Both the position numbers and the translations under genes were made by a program. Below the pieces are notes generated by a model. That model did not search any database. It was given only the letters and a program-made list of their open reading frames with translations, and was not told where the DNA came from. Positions 26,388 through 35,473 of a DNA stretch of 35,473 bases are shown here, piece after piece; position 1 is the stretch's first letter, and each line of letters begins with the position of its first letter. The DNA lies in assembly GCA_051748045.1 (NCBI GenBank), contig JBNJGY010000018.1, positions 1 to 35,473 on the forward strand, read 5' to 3'. This DNA comes from Thermotogota bacterium. Its GTDB lineage: Bacteria > Thermotogota > Thermotogae > Petrotogales > Petrotogaceae.

Positions 26388-27254
26388 TTATTGATAATGT
26401 ACTTTTCTTTCTACGTTTTTAAAATAGAAGAAAGTAACTACACCCATTATGATGAACATTATTATACTTTGCGATGCAGCAGAACCTGTTTTTTGATAAA
26501 TAAAAGCATCTAAATATAATTTATAAATCAGAGTTGTTGTATCTCCAGTTGGGCCACCTTTTGTCATGACATCTATTATACCAAAAGCATTAAACATTGC
26601 ATTAGTTATAGTCATAATAATTAGATAGAAAGTTATTGGCGACAAAAGAGGAAATTTAATCTTCCACATACGTTGCCAAAGGCTAGCACCATCTATAAAA
26701 GAACTTTCAACCAATGAATCAGGTATAGATTGAAGTCCAGCAATATAAAAGATTAAAGCAAAAGGAACCATTTTCCAAACGCTAGCAAACATAATTGCTA
26801 TCAGAGCGTATGGTGATGAAGTTAAAAAATCAACATTTAATCCAAAAATAGAATTAAAGAAATAATTTAAATGCCCTACTATAGGATTTAATAAAAATGA
26901 CCATAACGTACCCGCGATAGCAGGGGATATTGCGTATGGAGCGAATATAAATAGTCTAAACCATCTAGTACCAGGAATATCTTGATTCAACAATTGCGCT
27001 AATAAAAAAGAAATCATTATAGTAAAAAAAACAGTTACTCCAACATATATTACTGTTGTGAGCATTGCTTGTAAGTATTCTGAGCTTTGAAAAAGCCTCA
27101 TGAAATTTTGAAATCCTACATATATTTCTCTATTCCCAAAAGGCGCGACTCTAAACGCGCTCAATCTAAAAGACAATCCTGCTGGCCAATAAATAAAAAT
27201 ACCTATAACCAAAAATGTAGGTATTAATAATATATAAGGCAAAATCTTTCGCAT
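26388..27254 (-). CDS. CUT1 ABC permease (UgpA-like)
   Basis: AGLQSIPDSLVESSFIDGA, PLLSP, MTKGGP. Confidence 0.9.
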   Translation of the reverse strand: MRKILPYILLIPTFLVIGIFIYWPAGLSFRLSAFRVAPFGNREIYVGFQNFMRLFQSSEYLQAMLTTVIYVGVTVFFTIMISFLLAQLLNQDIPGTRWFRLFIFAPYAISPAIAGTLWSFLLNPIVGHLNYFFNSIFGLNVDFLTSSPYALIAIMFASVWKMVPFALIFYIAGLQSIPDSLVESSFIDGASLWQRMWKIKFPLLSPITFYLIIMTITNAMFNAFGIIDVMTKGGPTGDTTTLIYKLYLDAFIYQKTGSAASQSIIMFIIMGVVTFFYFKNVERKVHYQ

Positions 27255-27271
27255 AAATTATCATACCCCCT

Positions 27272-27303
27272 ATAAAAAAGGGCGGCTTAACCGCCCCTTT
27301 TAT
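27272..27303 (-). terminator. Intercistronic hairpin after the binding-protein gene
   Basis: AAAGGGCGG-CTTAA-CCGCCCCTTT with A/T tracts. Confidence 0.7.
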
Positions 27304-27312
27304 AAAAAATTA

Positions 27313-28620
27313 TTAATTATATAATTCGTTGTAATCTTCAATTAATTCTGTTATTTCTTCTTCTGCCCAAGCAAGTGCTTCTTCTGGGGTCATTTGATTT
27401 GAATTCATTCTTTGAATAGCATCTTCTATTCTATCTCTAGCTTCTGGGAAAACTCCCATAACTGCACCATTTGTATTTTGTGTTTGTTTTGATAACAATA
27501 ATTGCATAACAGCAGTTAAATAATTAGAATTTTCTGAATAAAATCCTTCATACATTAATTCTTCAACAGCATCTTTTCTAACAGGGAAATAACCTGTGTC
27601 TAAATGCCATTTCATTTGTTCTTCTTTAGAATTTACAAATTTTAAGAATTTCCATGCTGCTTGAGTTTCTTCTTCTGAATGTCCGTCAACCATCCATAAA
27701 CTAGCTCCACCGATTATTGCTCCACCTGATGGTGCGCCTACTGGTGTTGGAATGAAAGCTGTTCCTATTTCATAACCATTTTTTTCGCCTTCAACTGTAA
27801 AAGAAGTAACGTCTGATGTAGAGAATAAAACCATAGCTGCTTTACCTGATAAGAAAATTTGTCTAGCAGCTGACCAGTCTTCTTTTTGAGTATTTAGCAT
27901 CAAATCATTTGATGTCATTTCATATAAAAATTCAAAAACTTCTCTTCCAGCTTCATGATTAAATACTGCTTCTGTTGCTACGCCTTCTCTACCATTTCCA
28001 TTATTTACTAGAGGTGCATCTTGTGCAGCAAGCATTTGTTCAAAAATCCAAGAATGAGTTGGCCATGTTAAACCTGTTCTTTCTATATTTCCGTTAGAAT
28101 CTTTTTTAAGTAATTGTTTTGAATATTCCATTACCTCTGCTAAAGTTCTTGGTGGTTTATCTGGATCCAATCCTGCTTCTTCAAACAATGTTTTATTATA
28201 GAATAAAATAGCATTTGATGAATTAAATGGCATTGAATATAATGTTCCATCCATTCTATAATAGTTTAATACAGAATCAAGATAAACAGCACTGTCAAAA
28301 TCTGGATCTTGGTCTATTAAATCTTGAATAGGTAACATAATTCCGCCATCAACCATTTGTCTTGTACCTATTTCATAAACCTGTACGATTTGTGGGGCTG
28401 TACCTGATCTCACACCTGCGATTAATTTGTTTAATGTTTCATTATAACTACCTGTATATTGAGGTACTACCTCTATATCTGGATTTTCATCCATAAATCT
28501 ATCAGCTATGTTTTGAATAACCTCTATTCTTTCTCCACTCATAGCATGCCAAAAATCTACTCTTACAGAAACACCGATAATTGAAACAAGCACTAATAAA
28601 ACAACAAGCATCTTTTTCAC
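27313..28620 (-). CDS. ABC substrate-binding protein (UgpB-like, glycerol-3-phosphate/glycerophosphodiester type)
   Basis: FWHAMSG, QVYEIGT, SMPFNSS, IIGGASLW, WHLDTGYFP. Confidence 0.88.
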   Translation of the reverse strand: MKKMLVVLLVLVSIIGVSVRVDFWHAMSGERIEVIQNIADRFMDENPDIEVVPQYTGSYNETLNKLIAGVRSGTAPQIVQVYEIGTRQMVDGGIMLPIQDLIDQDPDFDSAVYLDSVLNYYRMDGTLYSMPFNSSNAILFYNKTLFEEAGLDPDKPPRTLAEVMEYSKQLLKKDSNGNIERTGLTWPTHSWIFEQMLAAQDAPLVNNGNGREGVATEAVFNHEAGREVFEFLYEMTSNDLMLNTQKEDWSAARQIFLSGKAAMVLFSTSDVTSFTVEGEKNGYEIGTAFIPTPVGAPSGGAIIGGASLWMVDGHSEEETQAAWKFLKFVNSKEEQMKWHLDTGYFPVRKDAVEELMYEGFYSENSNYLTAVMQLLLSKQTQNTNGAVMGVFPEARDRIEDAIQRMNSNQMTPEEALAWAEEEITELIEDYNELYN

Positions 28621-28710
28621 TTTAATTCCCCCTTTTTTAAGTGATGAAACGATATATATTATAAGTTCGAAATATTAGGAAATTATTAACTTTATTTAAT
28701 TATGGTTTTT

Positions 28711-28761
28711 TAAAACGTTTTATAATGTAACTATTTGTTAATTGTAAATAAAATTATATCA
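28711..28761 (-). promoter_or_regulatory. Extended -10 promoter and downstream palindrome for ABC operon
   Basis: TGATATAAT (28761-28753); TAAAACGTTTTA at 28711-28722. Confidence 0.5.
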
Positions 28762-28875
28762 CAACAAATACTTTACTTAAAATCTACTTAAAATTATTTA
28801 GGGGCAAAAATCTCTCATAATTTATGATTAACTTGAAATATTGGTTATTTTTTCATTGTGAAAATTAACTTTTAA

Positions 28876-28907
28876 AATAAAAAAGGCCTTTAAGGCCTTT
28901 TTTATTA
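28876..28907 (-). terminator. Intrinsic terminator
   Basis: AAAAAAGGCCTT-T-AAGGCCTTTTTT inverted repeat. Confidence 0.85.
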
Positions 28908-28912
28908 GATTT

Positions 28913-29542
28913 CTATAATTTTTTATACCAAATTAATTGTACTTCTCCATCGCATTCTCCATAGTATGCATATTCATCCATCTTTCCCAAAATAGAGCCT
29001 TGATTTTTATAAAACTCGCATGCTTTGGAATTTATATTCTGCGTTTCAATTTTCATTTGAACACATTTTCTTTCTTTTGACCATTCAACAGCCTTTTTAA
29101 AAAGTTTAGATCCAATTCCTTTTCCCTTATAACTATCTTCAACTCTAATATCCCAAAGCACTGTCATATCTTTTCTTCCAGATAACATATTAACCCCTTT
29201 TGTGTTAAAAGCAATAGTTGCTCCACCGACAGGTTTTTCATTATCATAAGCTATTAGAACCCCCCAGTTTTCCATACCAAAATCTTTTTTCCATTTAAAT
29301 ACATTTTCTTCCATGTCATAATTTTTAATATATTTTGAGCTTTGTTCATCCCAATAGAGAGATTTGTTCTCGATAATATTTTTATCTTCTCTACCCTCTA
29401 TTTTGCATTTTTCCAAGAATATGCCTCCCAATCCATCATTTATTTTTTTCACTTGATAGATATAATCAATATAAAAATAAGATGGAATTTTAGCATAATC
29501 TTCTAATTTTTCTAAACCAACGTCTTCAATTCTTATGTTCAT
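28913..29542 (-). CDS. GNAT acetyltransferase (streptothricin-acetyltransferase-like)
   Basis: LWDIRV..YKGKGIGSKL, KIETQNINSKACEFY. Confidence 0.88.
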   Translation of the reverse strand: MNIRIEDVGLEKLEDYAKIPSYFYIDYIYQVKKINDGLGGIFLEKCKIEGREDKNIIENKSLYWDEQSSKYIKNYDMEENVFKWKKDFGMENWGVLIAYDNEKPVGGATIAFNTKGVNMLSGRKDMTVLWDIRVEDSYKGKGIGSKLFKKAVEWSKERKCVQMKIETQNINSKACEFYKNQGSILGKMDEYAYYGECDGEVQLIWYKKL

Positions 29543-29579
29543 TTTAAATCCCCCCGTAAGTATTATAAAAAATTATATC

Positions 29580-29606
29580 AAAAAAGGAGTGGCTTTCGCC
29601 ACTCCA
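29580..29606 (-). terminator. Intrinsic terminator of pullulanase
   Basis: AAAAAA-GGAGTGGC-TTTC-GCCACTCC. Confidence 0.9.
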
Positions 29607-29620
29607 AATAACTCAACTAA

Positions 29621-32600
29621 TTATTTAATTTTTAATACTGTTGGAGTTAATGCATCTAAAATGATTGTGTTTCCATCTACGGCAACCCCAGAGATATCTG
29701 ATACTTCTTCTGTACCAGCCTCATCTGAATCTACCAATATTGTTCTAGAAGCTAAGTTAATATCTGTAGTAATTTTTCTTTCTTTGCTATCTGCATTTAT
29801 AAAGACCACATATTCTTCTCCACTTGTTGAAGTAACTTTATAACCAATTACTAAATCTTCTTCTTTTATATCTTCACTTTCAATTAGTTCAACATTAGAG
29901 TCTACCATTTCTTCAGTTGGTAATCTAAATGCGTCAGAAGATTTTCTCAAAGAGATTAAACCTTTAGTAAATTCCATAGTCTCTTTATGCATTCCTTCTT
30001 CTGTAACTTTTTCCCAATCAAACATATTTATCGCATCTGAAGAATCATATGAATCATGAATAAAATAAGGATTTTCAAATAGTTCTCCCTCTTCATTTTC
30101 AAGAGTGTGGTATTTTTGTTCAGGTTTTCCTTCTGCTAACCACTGTTTTGTTCTTCCATATTCTTGTCCTGCATGAATAAAAGAAATCCCTTGAGAGGTT
30201 AATATAACTGTATTTCCCAATCTAATTCTTTTTTGAATTTCTTCTTCGTGTTTTGCAGGATCTTTCTTTATTGATTGTGCTATAACATCGTGAAGAGTCA
30301 TATTATCATGAGCTGCAATATATTGTAAAACATCACCTGGATCATCTTGGGCTATATTGGTAGGTCTTGCGATAATATTTTTGAAAATTAAATCAATAGG
30401 TCTTGCTCCATCAGTTATGAATCTAGGTTGTCCTTCAATCCCAAATCCAGATTTCATTTCATTTCTCATTTCATCAGAGAATACAGCAACAGCACTTGTT
30501 TCGTCCATCCAATCTTGATCAGCAGGAACTAAGTCAGGATTTTCAACATGTCCTTTGAAAGTTCTCCATCCTTCTCCCACAAATAAAATATTCGGATTCA
30601 TTTTTTTAGCTTCATCGTATGCTTTTTGTACAGAATCTGCTGTAGCATCTCCCATCATGTCCCATCTCATACCATCTATTTTATATTCATCTACCCAGTA
30701 TTTAACTGAATCAACCATCAATTTTTCTGCCATCTTATGAGTTGTAGCTAAATTATTTCCAAAATCTCCAACAAAGTTTCCATTAGCGTCTTGGAAGAAA
30801 TAATAATCAGGAACAATATCGTTTAAATGGCTAGCTTTTGCCATATGTGTATAAACAACATCTAAAATAACTCCCATACCTTCATCATGTATAGCATCAA
30901 TTAATGTTTTTAGTTCTCTAATTCTCTCTTCAGGATCTCCTGGGTTTTCTGAATAAGCTCCATCTGGTGAAAAATAACCATGTGGATCGTATCCCCAGTT
31001 GTATGAATTATTTTGGGCTGAATATTCGAGTTCTCTTTCTCCCATTGCTGTTTCGTCACCATAATACCAAGCCATAACTGGTAACAATTGTACATGGGTT
31101 ACTCCTAAACTCTTAATATAGTCTAATTTATCTATAAATGCTGTATAACTTCCCCATCTTGAATTTAATTCGCCTTCGATTGAAGGATCTGATGTGAAGT
31201 CTCTTATATGAATTTCCCAAATAATAGCATCTTCTTTTTTGTCAAAACCTTCTATTTCAGCATAATCTAATTTTGGTCCTACTGTTTTTGGTTCAACTAT
31301 GGCAGCTTTACCAACTTTATCCTCTACAGTTTCTCCATCAACTACGTACTCAGAGCCACCTTGACCTGCAGAATTAACTGTAAAAGTAGCCATTGATTTT
31401 GCATATGGATCTAAAACCCTTCTTGTTACTCCATCATTTGTAACTGAATATTGATAATAATATCCTTTAACGTCTAATAGTCCTAAATCATAAGGACTAA
31501 TCCATTTTTCCCATACACCAGTTCTTTCATTAAAAGTTAATTCAATAGAACCAATTTCTCTTGACTGATCATGTTTATCATAAAAGTGAGCCACTACATT
31601 AGTTGCCTTAGGAGCCCATAGCCTTAAAGTAACTCCACCAGCAAAATATTTCGCACCTAATTCACCATCATATGAATACATGTTGTCTATCAATCTCCAA
31701 CCTGTAGTTACTGATCTTTCTTTATTTGCGTATTTAACATTTAACGGAACCATATTTAAATCAAATTCAGCTGTAACTTCTGCTGTTGATTCACTAATAA
31801 CTTCTATATCATTAACTCTTACTCTGTCACCATCTTTATTTGTTATTCTTAACTCAGAGCTATCTAATTCTTTTGTAGAAGTGAAATTCAGCATAACTTT
31901 TTCTTTAGAAATGATTTCACCATTCAATAAACCTGTTGCAGTATCTTTGTTTTCTGAAATATATACTTTGCTATCCCCTTCAAAAACATAAACTTGATTA
32001 TATTCATCTAACATATTAAATCCTTTATCTTCTTCTCCATCTTTGGTTTGTGTTTTTTCATTAACAATTAAAAATCCTAAATTTGAAGCTTCTTCAATTA
32101 AAGGAACATCCCAATATACTCCGAATTCATCTTTTCCAGTTGGTTCCATTCCATCTGGCCATCCTGATTCTGATTCCCATGTTGTATCATTCCATATCCA
32201 AAGAACCCAATCATCATAATCATCATCTTTCCTTTGATAATGAACTCTCAAAGTATTTTCAGGAATATCAACTGGTTTATTTGTCATTATTTCGTCAGAA
32301 CCCTGTTCTGTCCATAATTCATTTGTCGAAACTGTGAAATTAAAAACTTTATCTCCACCGTCTTTTGTTTCTGTTTCTTGATTAACCATTAAAAAGCCTA
32401 AGCTTGCAGCGCCTTCTTTTATAGGTACATCCCAATATGCTCCATAGTCATCGAACCCAGTGACTTCCATTCCATTTGGCCATCCTGATTCTGATTCCCA
32501 TGTTGTATCATTCCATATCCAAAGAACCCAATCATCATAATTCCCATCTTCCCTTTGATAATGAATTCTCATAGTATTTTCAGGAATTTCTTCTCCGTTA

Positions 32601-32692
32601 GCTGCAAAAACAGATGTGTTGAAAAAAGCTATTACGGAAACCATCAAAAGAAATACTAATCCTTTTGTTAGTAAACTATTCTTTTTAAGCAC
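29621..32692 (-). CDS. pulA: Secreted type I pullulanase (GH13) with two N-terminal CBM41 and a CBM48
   Basis: Signal peptide; two copies of HYQR..YDDWVLWIW; LWAPKA; YNWGYDP, RWDMMG, GEGW, AHDN; AGGAGAGGTG RBS before GTG 32692. Confidence 0.92.
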   Translation of the reverse strand: MLKKNSLLTKGLVFLLMVSVIAFFNTSVFAANGEEIPENTMRIHYQREDGNYDDWVLWIWNDTTWESESGWPNGMEVTGFDDYGAYWDVPIKEGAASLGFLMVNQETETKDGGDKVFNFTVSTNELWTEQGSDEIMTNKPVDIPENTLRVHYQRKDDDYDDWVLWIWNDTTWESESGWPDGMEPTGKDEFGVYWDVPLIEEASNLGFLIVNEKTQTKDGEEDKGFNMLDEYNQVYVFEGDSKVYISENKDTATGLLNGEIISKEKVMLNFTSTKELDSSELRITNKDGDRVRVNDIEVISESTAEVTAEFDLNMVPLNVKYANKERSVTTGWRLIDNMYSYDGELGAKYFAGGVTLRLWAPKATNVVAHFYDKHDQSREIGSIELTFNERTGVWEKWISPYDLGLLDVKGYYYQYSVTNDGVTRRVLDPYAKSMATFTVNSAGQGGSEYVVDGETVEDKVGKAAIVEPKTVGPKLDYAEIEGFDKKEDAIIWEIHIRDFTSDPSIEGELNSRWGSYTAFIDKLDYIKSLGVTHVQLLPVMAWYYGDETAMGERELEYSAQNNSYNWGYDPHGYFSPDGAYSENPGDPEERIRELKTLIDAIHDEGMGVILDVVYTHMAKASHLNDIVPDYYFFQDANGNFVGDFGNNLATTHKMAEKLMVDSVKYWVDEYKIDGMRWDMMGDATADSVQKAYDEAKKMNPNILFVGEGWRTFKGHVENPDLVPADQDWMDETSAVAVFSDEMRNEMKSGFGIEGQPRFITDGARPIDLIFKNIIARPTNIAQDDPGDVLQYIAAHDNMTLHDVIAQSIKKDPAKHEEEIQKRIRLGNTVILTSQGISFIHAGQEYGRTKQWLAEGKPEQKYHTLENEEGELFENPYFIHDSYDSSDAINMFDWEKVTEEGMHKETMEFTKGLISLRKSSDAFRLPTEEMVDSNVELIESEDIKEEDLVIGYKVTSTSGEEYVVFINADSKERKITTDINLASRTILVDSDEAGTEEVSDISGVAVDGNTIILDALTPTVLKIK
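32156..32541. repeat. Intragenic direct repeat with 65-nt identical core, 321-nt offset
   Basis: 32156-32220 equals 32477-32541. Confidence 0.9.
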
Positions 32693-32728
32693 TTTTTGTT
32701 CACCTCTCCTGATATTAGTTTTTATTAC

Positions 32729-32798
32729 TGGAAGCGTTTTCACGCTTATGTAAAAAAATATAAACCAGACAACTGATTTATCTATTAAAATTATAACA
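32729..32798 (-). promoter_or_regulatory. Pullulanase promoter and LacI/cre-type operator
   Basis: TGTTATAAT (32798-32790); TGAAAACGCTTCCA (32742-32729). Confidence 0.7.
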
Positions 32799-32929
32799 TA
32801 AAACAATTCATTTTTATAACAATTTGTTAAGAAAATTAAATTAAATTTCTATACCTAATGTTTACCTCAATATTTTAATCATGATACAAAGTTAACTATT
32901 TATTTACATATCAAGTGATATATTATTTA

Positions 32930-33007
32930 TGAAAGGTAATAGCGAGTAACAATAGTAAGCCCCTCAATAATTTATTGGAAGACCGTTTATGGTCTTCCAC
33001 TTTTTTA
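32930..33007 (+). ncRNA. Candidate small RNA ending in orphan terminator
   Basis: TGATATATT -10-like at 32916-32924; TGGAAGACC-GTTTAT-GGTCTTCCA-CTTTTTT with no + strand gene upstream. Confidence 0.45.
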
Positions 33008-33074
33008 TTTTATTTTAAGAATTTGGTATAATAATTAATGTGATTAGTTAACTAAATTTAAGGGCGTGATTTTG

Positions 33075-34508
33075 TTGAGCAAAAAAATTGTATTTTTTAT
33101 CATTTTTATAATTATTTTAATAGCTGCAGTATCTGTTTTTATAATGTATAGAAAAAATAATTCTATGTTAATGGAGATTAATTCTACCAACTTAAAAGTT
33201 TCAGGTGATTTAGATAGAGAATATAAGATAGGTAATTTAGATAGATTATACAACAACAGTGTTCAGTTTAACGGAAATGACATTAAAACAGTAAATTTGA
33301 AAAATGTATTTTCTCACATAGGTTTGAATATAGAAAACATGGAGAATTATAAAATTCAAATATCTGATGATAAAAAAGTAATCGAAACAAAATTAGTAAA
33401 TATGGAAAATTATTTCTTGACAGAAAATGAAGAAGATTTTACACTTTTTGATTATAACGGAAATCTATTAATTGAAAAGGTAGAAAATGTTTTTGTAGTA
33501 AATACTAAAGAAAACTGGTCTTCAGGACTTAATATAATTGATCCTGAGACAAACCTAGTTAACCTTGTCCCTTCTGATTTTGGTATTTCTAATTATAAAA
33601 TAAAAAGTTTTAAAACTAACAGCGTTGCTATCTCAGAAGGGGAAAATGTATTTCAAGAAATTCAATATGAAAAGAAAAAAATTATAAATTTAGAAGATTT
33701 TGTTGAATTTCCTCAAGTAAGAACTACAGTTATAGACAAAAACGGTGAAAAGACTGATTTTAAAAGTGGCTATATAGAAGTTGATGGAAATGAATTCAAT
33801 CTCTTAGATGATTACGGAGATTTATCACTTGAAAATATAAAAGGAATTATTTTAAACACACCTGTCTACAATATTAATGATGTTTACCTAGACTCTATGC
33901 ATTATTTGAAGAAAAATGAACAAGTATTAATTATCGTTATTAACGGCCTTGGATATCATCAATATGTAAACGCATACAATGATGGTGATATACCTTATTT
34001 GCAAGGTCAAAATATAGCCAACCGATCATTAACTGTTTACGAGCCTAATACTTTGAATGCTTTCAAATCAATGTTTAATTATGAAAAAGAAAATCTATTT
34101 GATCAAATGAAGGCTATAAATAATGATTCTGTATATATCTCCAATGAAAAATATATAGAAAATCAAAACCTTGAAATTATTACTGTAGAAGATATAAATC
34201 AAGATCACTTTTTTGATGATGATACATTCAAAGAAATTAATGAAATAATTGAGAGTAATATTTCATTAGTTGTTAGTGATTTTACTGATTATGAAAAAAA
34301 TGCATTAGCTTTTGGCCCAAATTCAGAAGAAGCTTTGAAAACTTTAAATGATTTCGATAATTACATCTCTAAAATCGCTGAAAAATGGCCGGGCAATATT
34401 ATTATTACTTCCGACCACGGAATTCATGAAACTCCTTCAGGAGAAGGCGCCAATGGAGAATTTAGATTTGAAGATATGTTTGTTCCTTATATAATAATCG
34501 AAAAATAA
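33075..34508 (+). CDS. Membrane-anchored protein with degenerate alkaline-phosphatase-superfamily C-terminal domain
   Basis: N-terminal TM; IIVINGLG, AFGP, IITSDHG, DMFVPYII; start could be 33066, 33072 or 33075. Confidence 0.75.
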   Translation: MSKKIVFFIIFIIILIAAVSVFIMYRKNNSMLMEINSTNLKVSGDLDREYKIGNLDRLYNNSVQFNGNDIKTVNLKNVFSHIGLNIENMENYKIQISDDKKVIETKLVNMENYFLTENEEDFTLFDYNGNLLIEKVENVFVVNTKENWSSGLNIIDPETNLVNLVPSDFGISNYKIKSFKTNSVAISEGENVFQEIQYEKKKIINLEDFVEFPQVRTTVIDKNGEKTDFKSGYIEVDGNEFNLLDDYGDLSLENIKGIILNTPVYNINDVYLDSMHYLKKNEQVLIIVINGLGYHQYVNAYNDGDIPYLQGQNIANRSLTVYEPNTLNAFKSMFNYEKENLFDQMKAINNDSVYISNEKYIENQNLEIITVEDINQDHFFDDDTFKEINEIIESNISLVVSDFTDYEKNALAFGPNSEEALKTLNDFDNYISKIAEKWPGNIIITSDHGIHETPSGEGANGEFRFEDMFVPYIIIEK

Positions 34509-34549
34509 AAAAAGACCTTGATTAATTTTAATCAAGGTCTTTTATTTTT
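34505..34549. terminator. Bidirectional intrinsic terminator
   Basis: AAAAGACCTTGATTA-ATTT-TAATCAAGGTCTTTT between convergent genes. Confidence 0.9.
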
Positions 34550-35473
34550 TCTACATATTTATCTATATCAAATTTTCTTTTTAAACCATTAGCATTCATA
34601 TATCTTGTTTTCCCAAATACTTTTCTTTCTGTCCAAGCTCTATCATGTTTCCCAAAAGTCCACGCAACACCAGTATATCCGTTTTCTTCTCTTCCATCTA
34701 ATTCATATTTATCATTCAACTTTATTAAATAATCATAAGCAGTACTTATATCCTCTGTCCATTCAAGAACTTTTTTTGCCCAATACATCCTCATATAACC
34801 ATGCATCTTACCTGTTTTAATCATTTCTAGTTGAGCTGCGTTCCAGTATTCATCATGAGTTTTAGCTTCTTCAAATTCTTCAAATGTATAAATATATTCT
34901 CTCTCGTCATTTTCATGCTCTTTTAATGTATCTCTAGCCCAACCAGTTATACAATCAAAATTATCATAATTCTTATTGTAATAGCAGAAGTTTTTTGCCA
35001 ACTCTCTCCTGACAAAAGCCTCTTCGAAAAAATCGTCTTTCCCTTCGCCAGAATAATTTTTCAACAAATCGTTTATTTCTATTGGTGAAATCATACCAAA
35101 ATGTAGATAAGGACTTATATTAGACTGATAATCAAAAACTGGGTCGTTTCTCATATCTGAATATTTTTCTAACTTATTTTTTAAAAAATCCTGAATTATT
35201 TTTAAACCTTTATCATGTCCTCCCTGGAATTCTACAGGTTTCACAGATTCATCTAACTTCAAATATTTTTTATAATCAGATAAATCTATTTCATCAAAAT
35301 CATCTTCAATATAACTTCCTTTATAATCTTGAAATTTAAATTCTTCATCAAACTCTTCTAATTTTTTATTGTATTTTCTTCTCAAAGTTGCAGCGGAATA
35401 TTCTTCTTTATCACTAACCATTTCAACAGGCAAAAGAACGTTATCCTCTATTTGTACAAAAGGAATATTAATT
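34528..35473 (-). CDS. phr: Class II CPD photolyase, 5' end beyond right edge
   Basis: SPYLHFGMIS, RRELAKNF, THDEYWNAAQ, GKMHGYMRMYWAKK, DGR..NGY; frame open to the edge. Confidence 0.93.
   Translation of the reverse strand, partial: INIPFVQIEDNVLLPVEMVSDKEEYSAATLRRKYNKKLEEFDEEFKFQDYKGSYIEDDFDEIDLSDYKKYLKLDESVKPVEFQGGHDKGLKIIQDFLKNKLEKYSDMRNDPVFDYQSNISPYLHFGMISPIEINDLLKNYSGEGKDDFFEEAFVRRELAKNFCYYNKNYDNFDCITGWARDTLKEHENDEREYIYTFEEFEEAKTHDEYWNAAQLEMIKTGKMHGYMRMYWAKKVLEWTEDISTAYDYLIKLNDKYELDGREENGYTGVAWTFGKHDRAWTERKVFGKTRYMNANGLKRKFDIDKYVEKIKDLD

Noticed and set aside
28856-28873. Isolated TTGTGAA as a Rex site
   Set aside because: No matching second half-site; expected by chance in AT-rich DNA

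Overview
Very AT-rich bacterial chromosomal segment. Gene content and style (dnaN without dnaA, outer-membrane barrels alongside Firmicutes-like genes, a tusA-yeeE-dsrEFH block) suggest Thermotogota, probably Petrotogaceae; this is inference. Left to right: partial lipoprotein, 2-TM sensor-like protein, GH13 amylase, SLT transglycosylase, secreted WD40 protein, dnaN-ispF-MFS-comM-ptb-comEC, two tandem small outer-membrane beta-barrel paralogs, a divergent AT-rich ORF, a sulfur-relay operon (tusA-yeeE-dsrE-dsrF-dsrH), then a separately promoted unit of ArsR-TusA fusion regulator, lpdA and gcvH. Next come an accessory tract (ArsR/SmtB, alpha/beta hydrolase, nested palindromic REP/MITE-like element, ArsR-DUF2087, NTase-like gene, double-HTH MerR), a Ugp-like ABC transporter, a GNAT, a CBM41x2 pullulanase, a candidate sRNA, a degenerate alkaline-phosphatase-fold protein and a partial class II photolyase. 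Best candidate for an undescribed system: the sulfur relay next to a lipoyl/NADH module (ArsR-TusA, lpdA, gcvH), with Rex-like half-sites upstream. No rRNA, tRNA, CRISPR array or transposase was seen.
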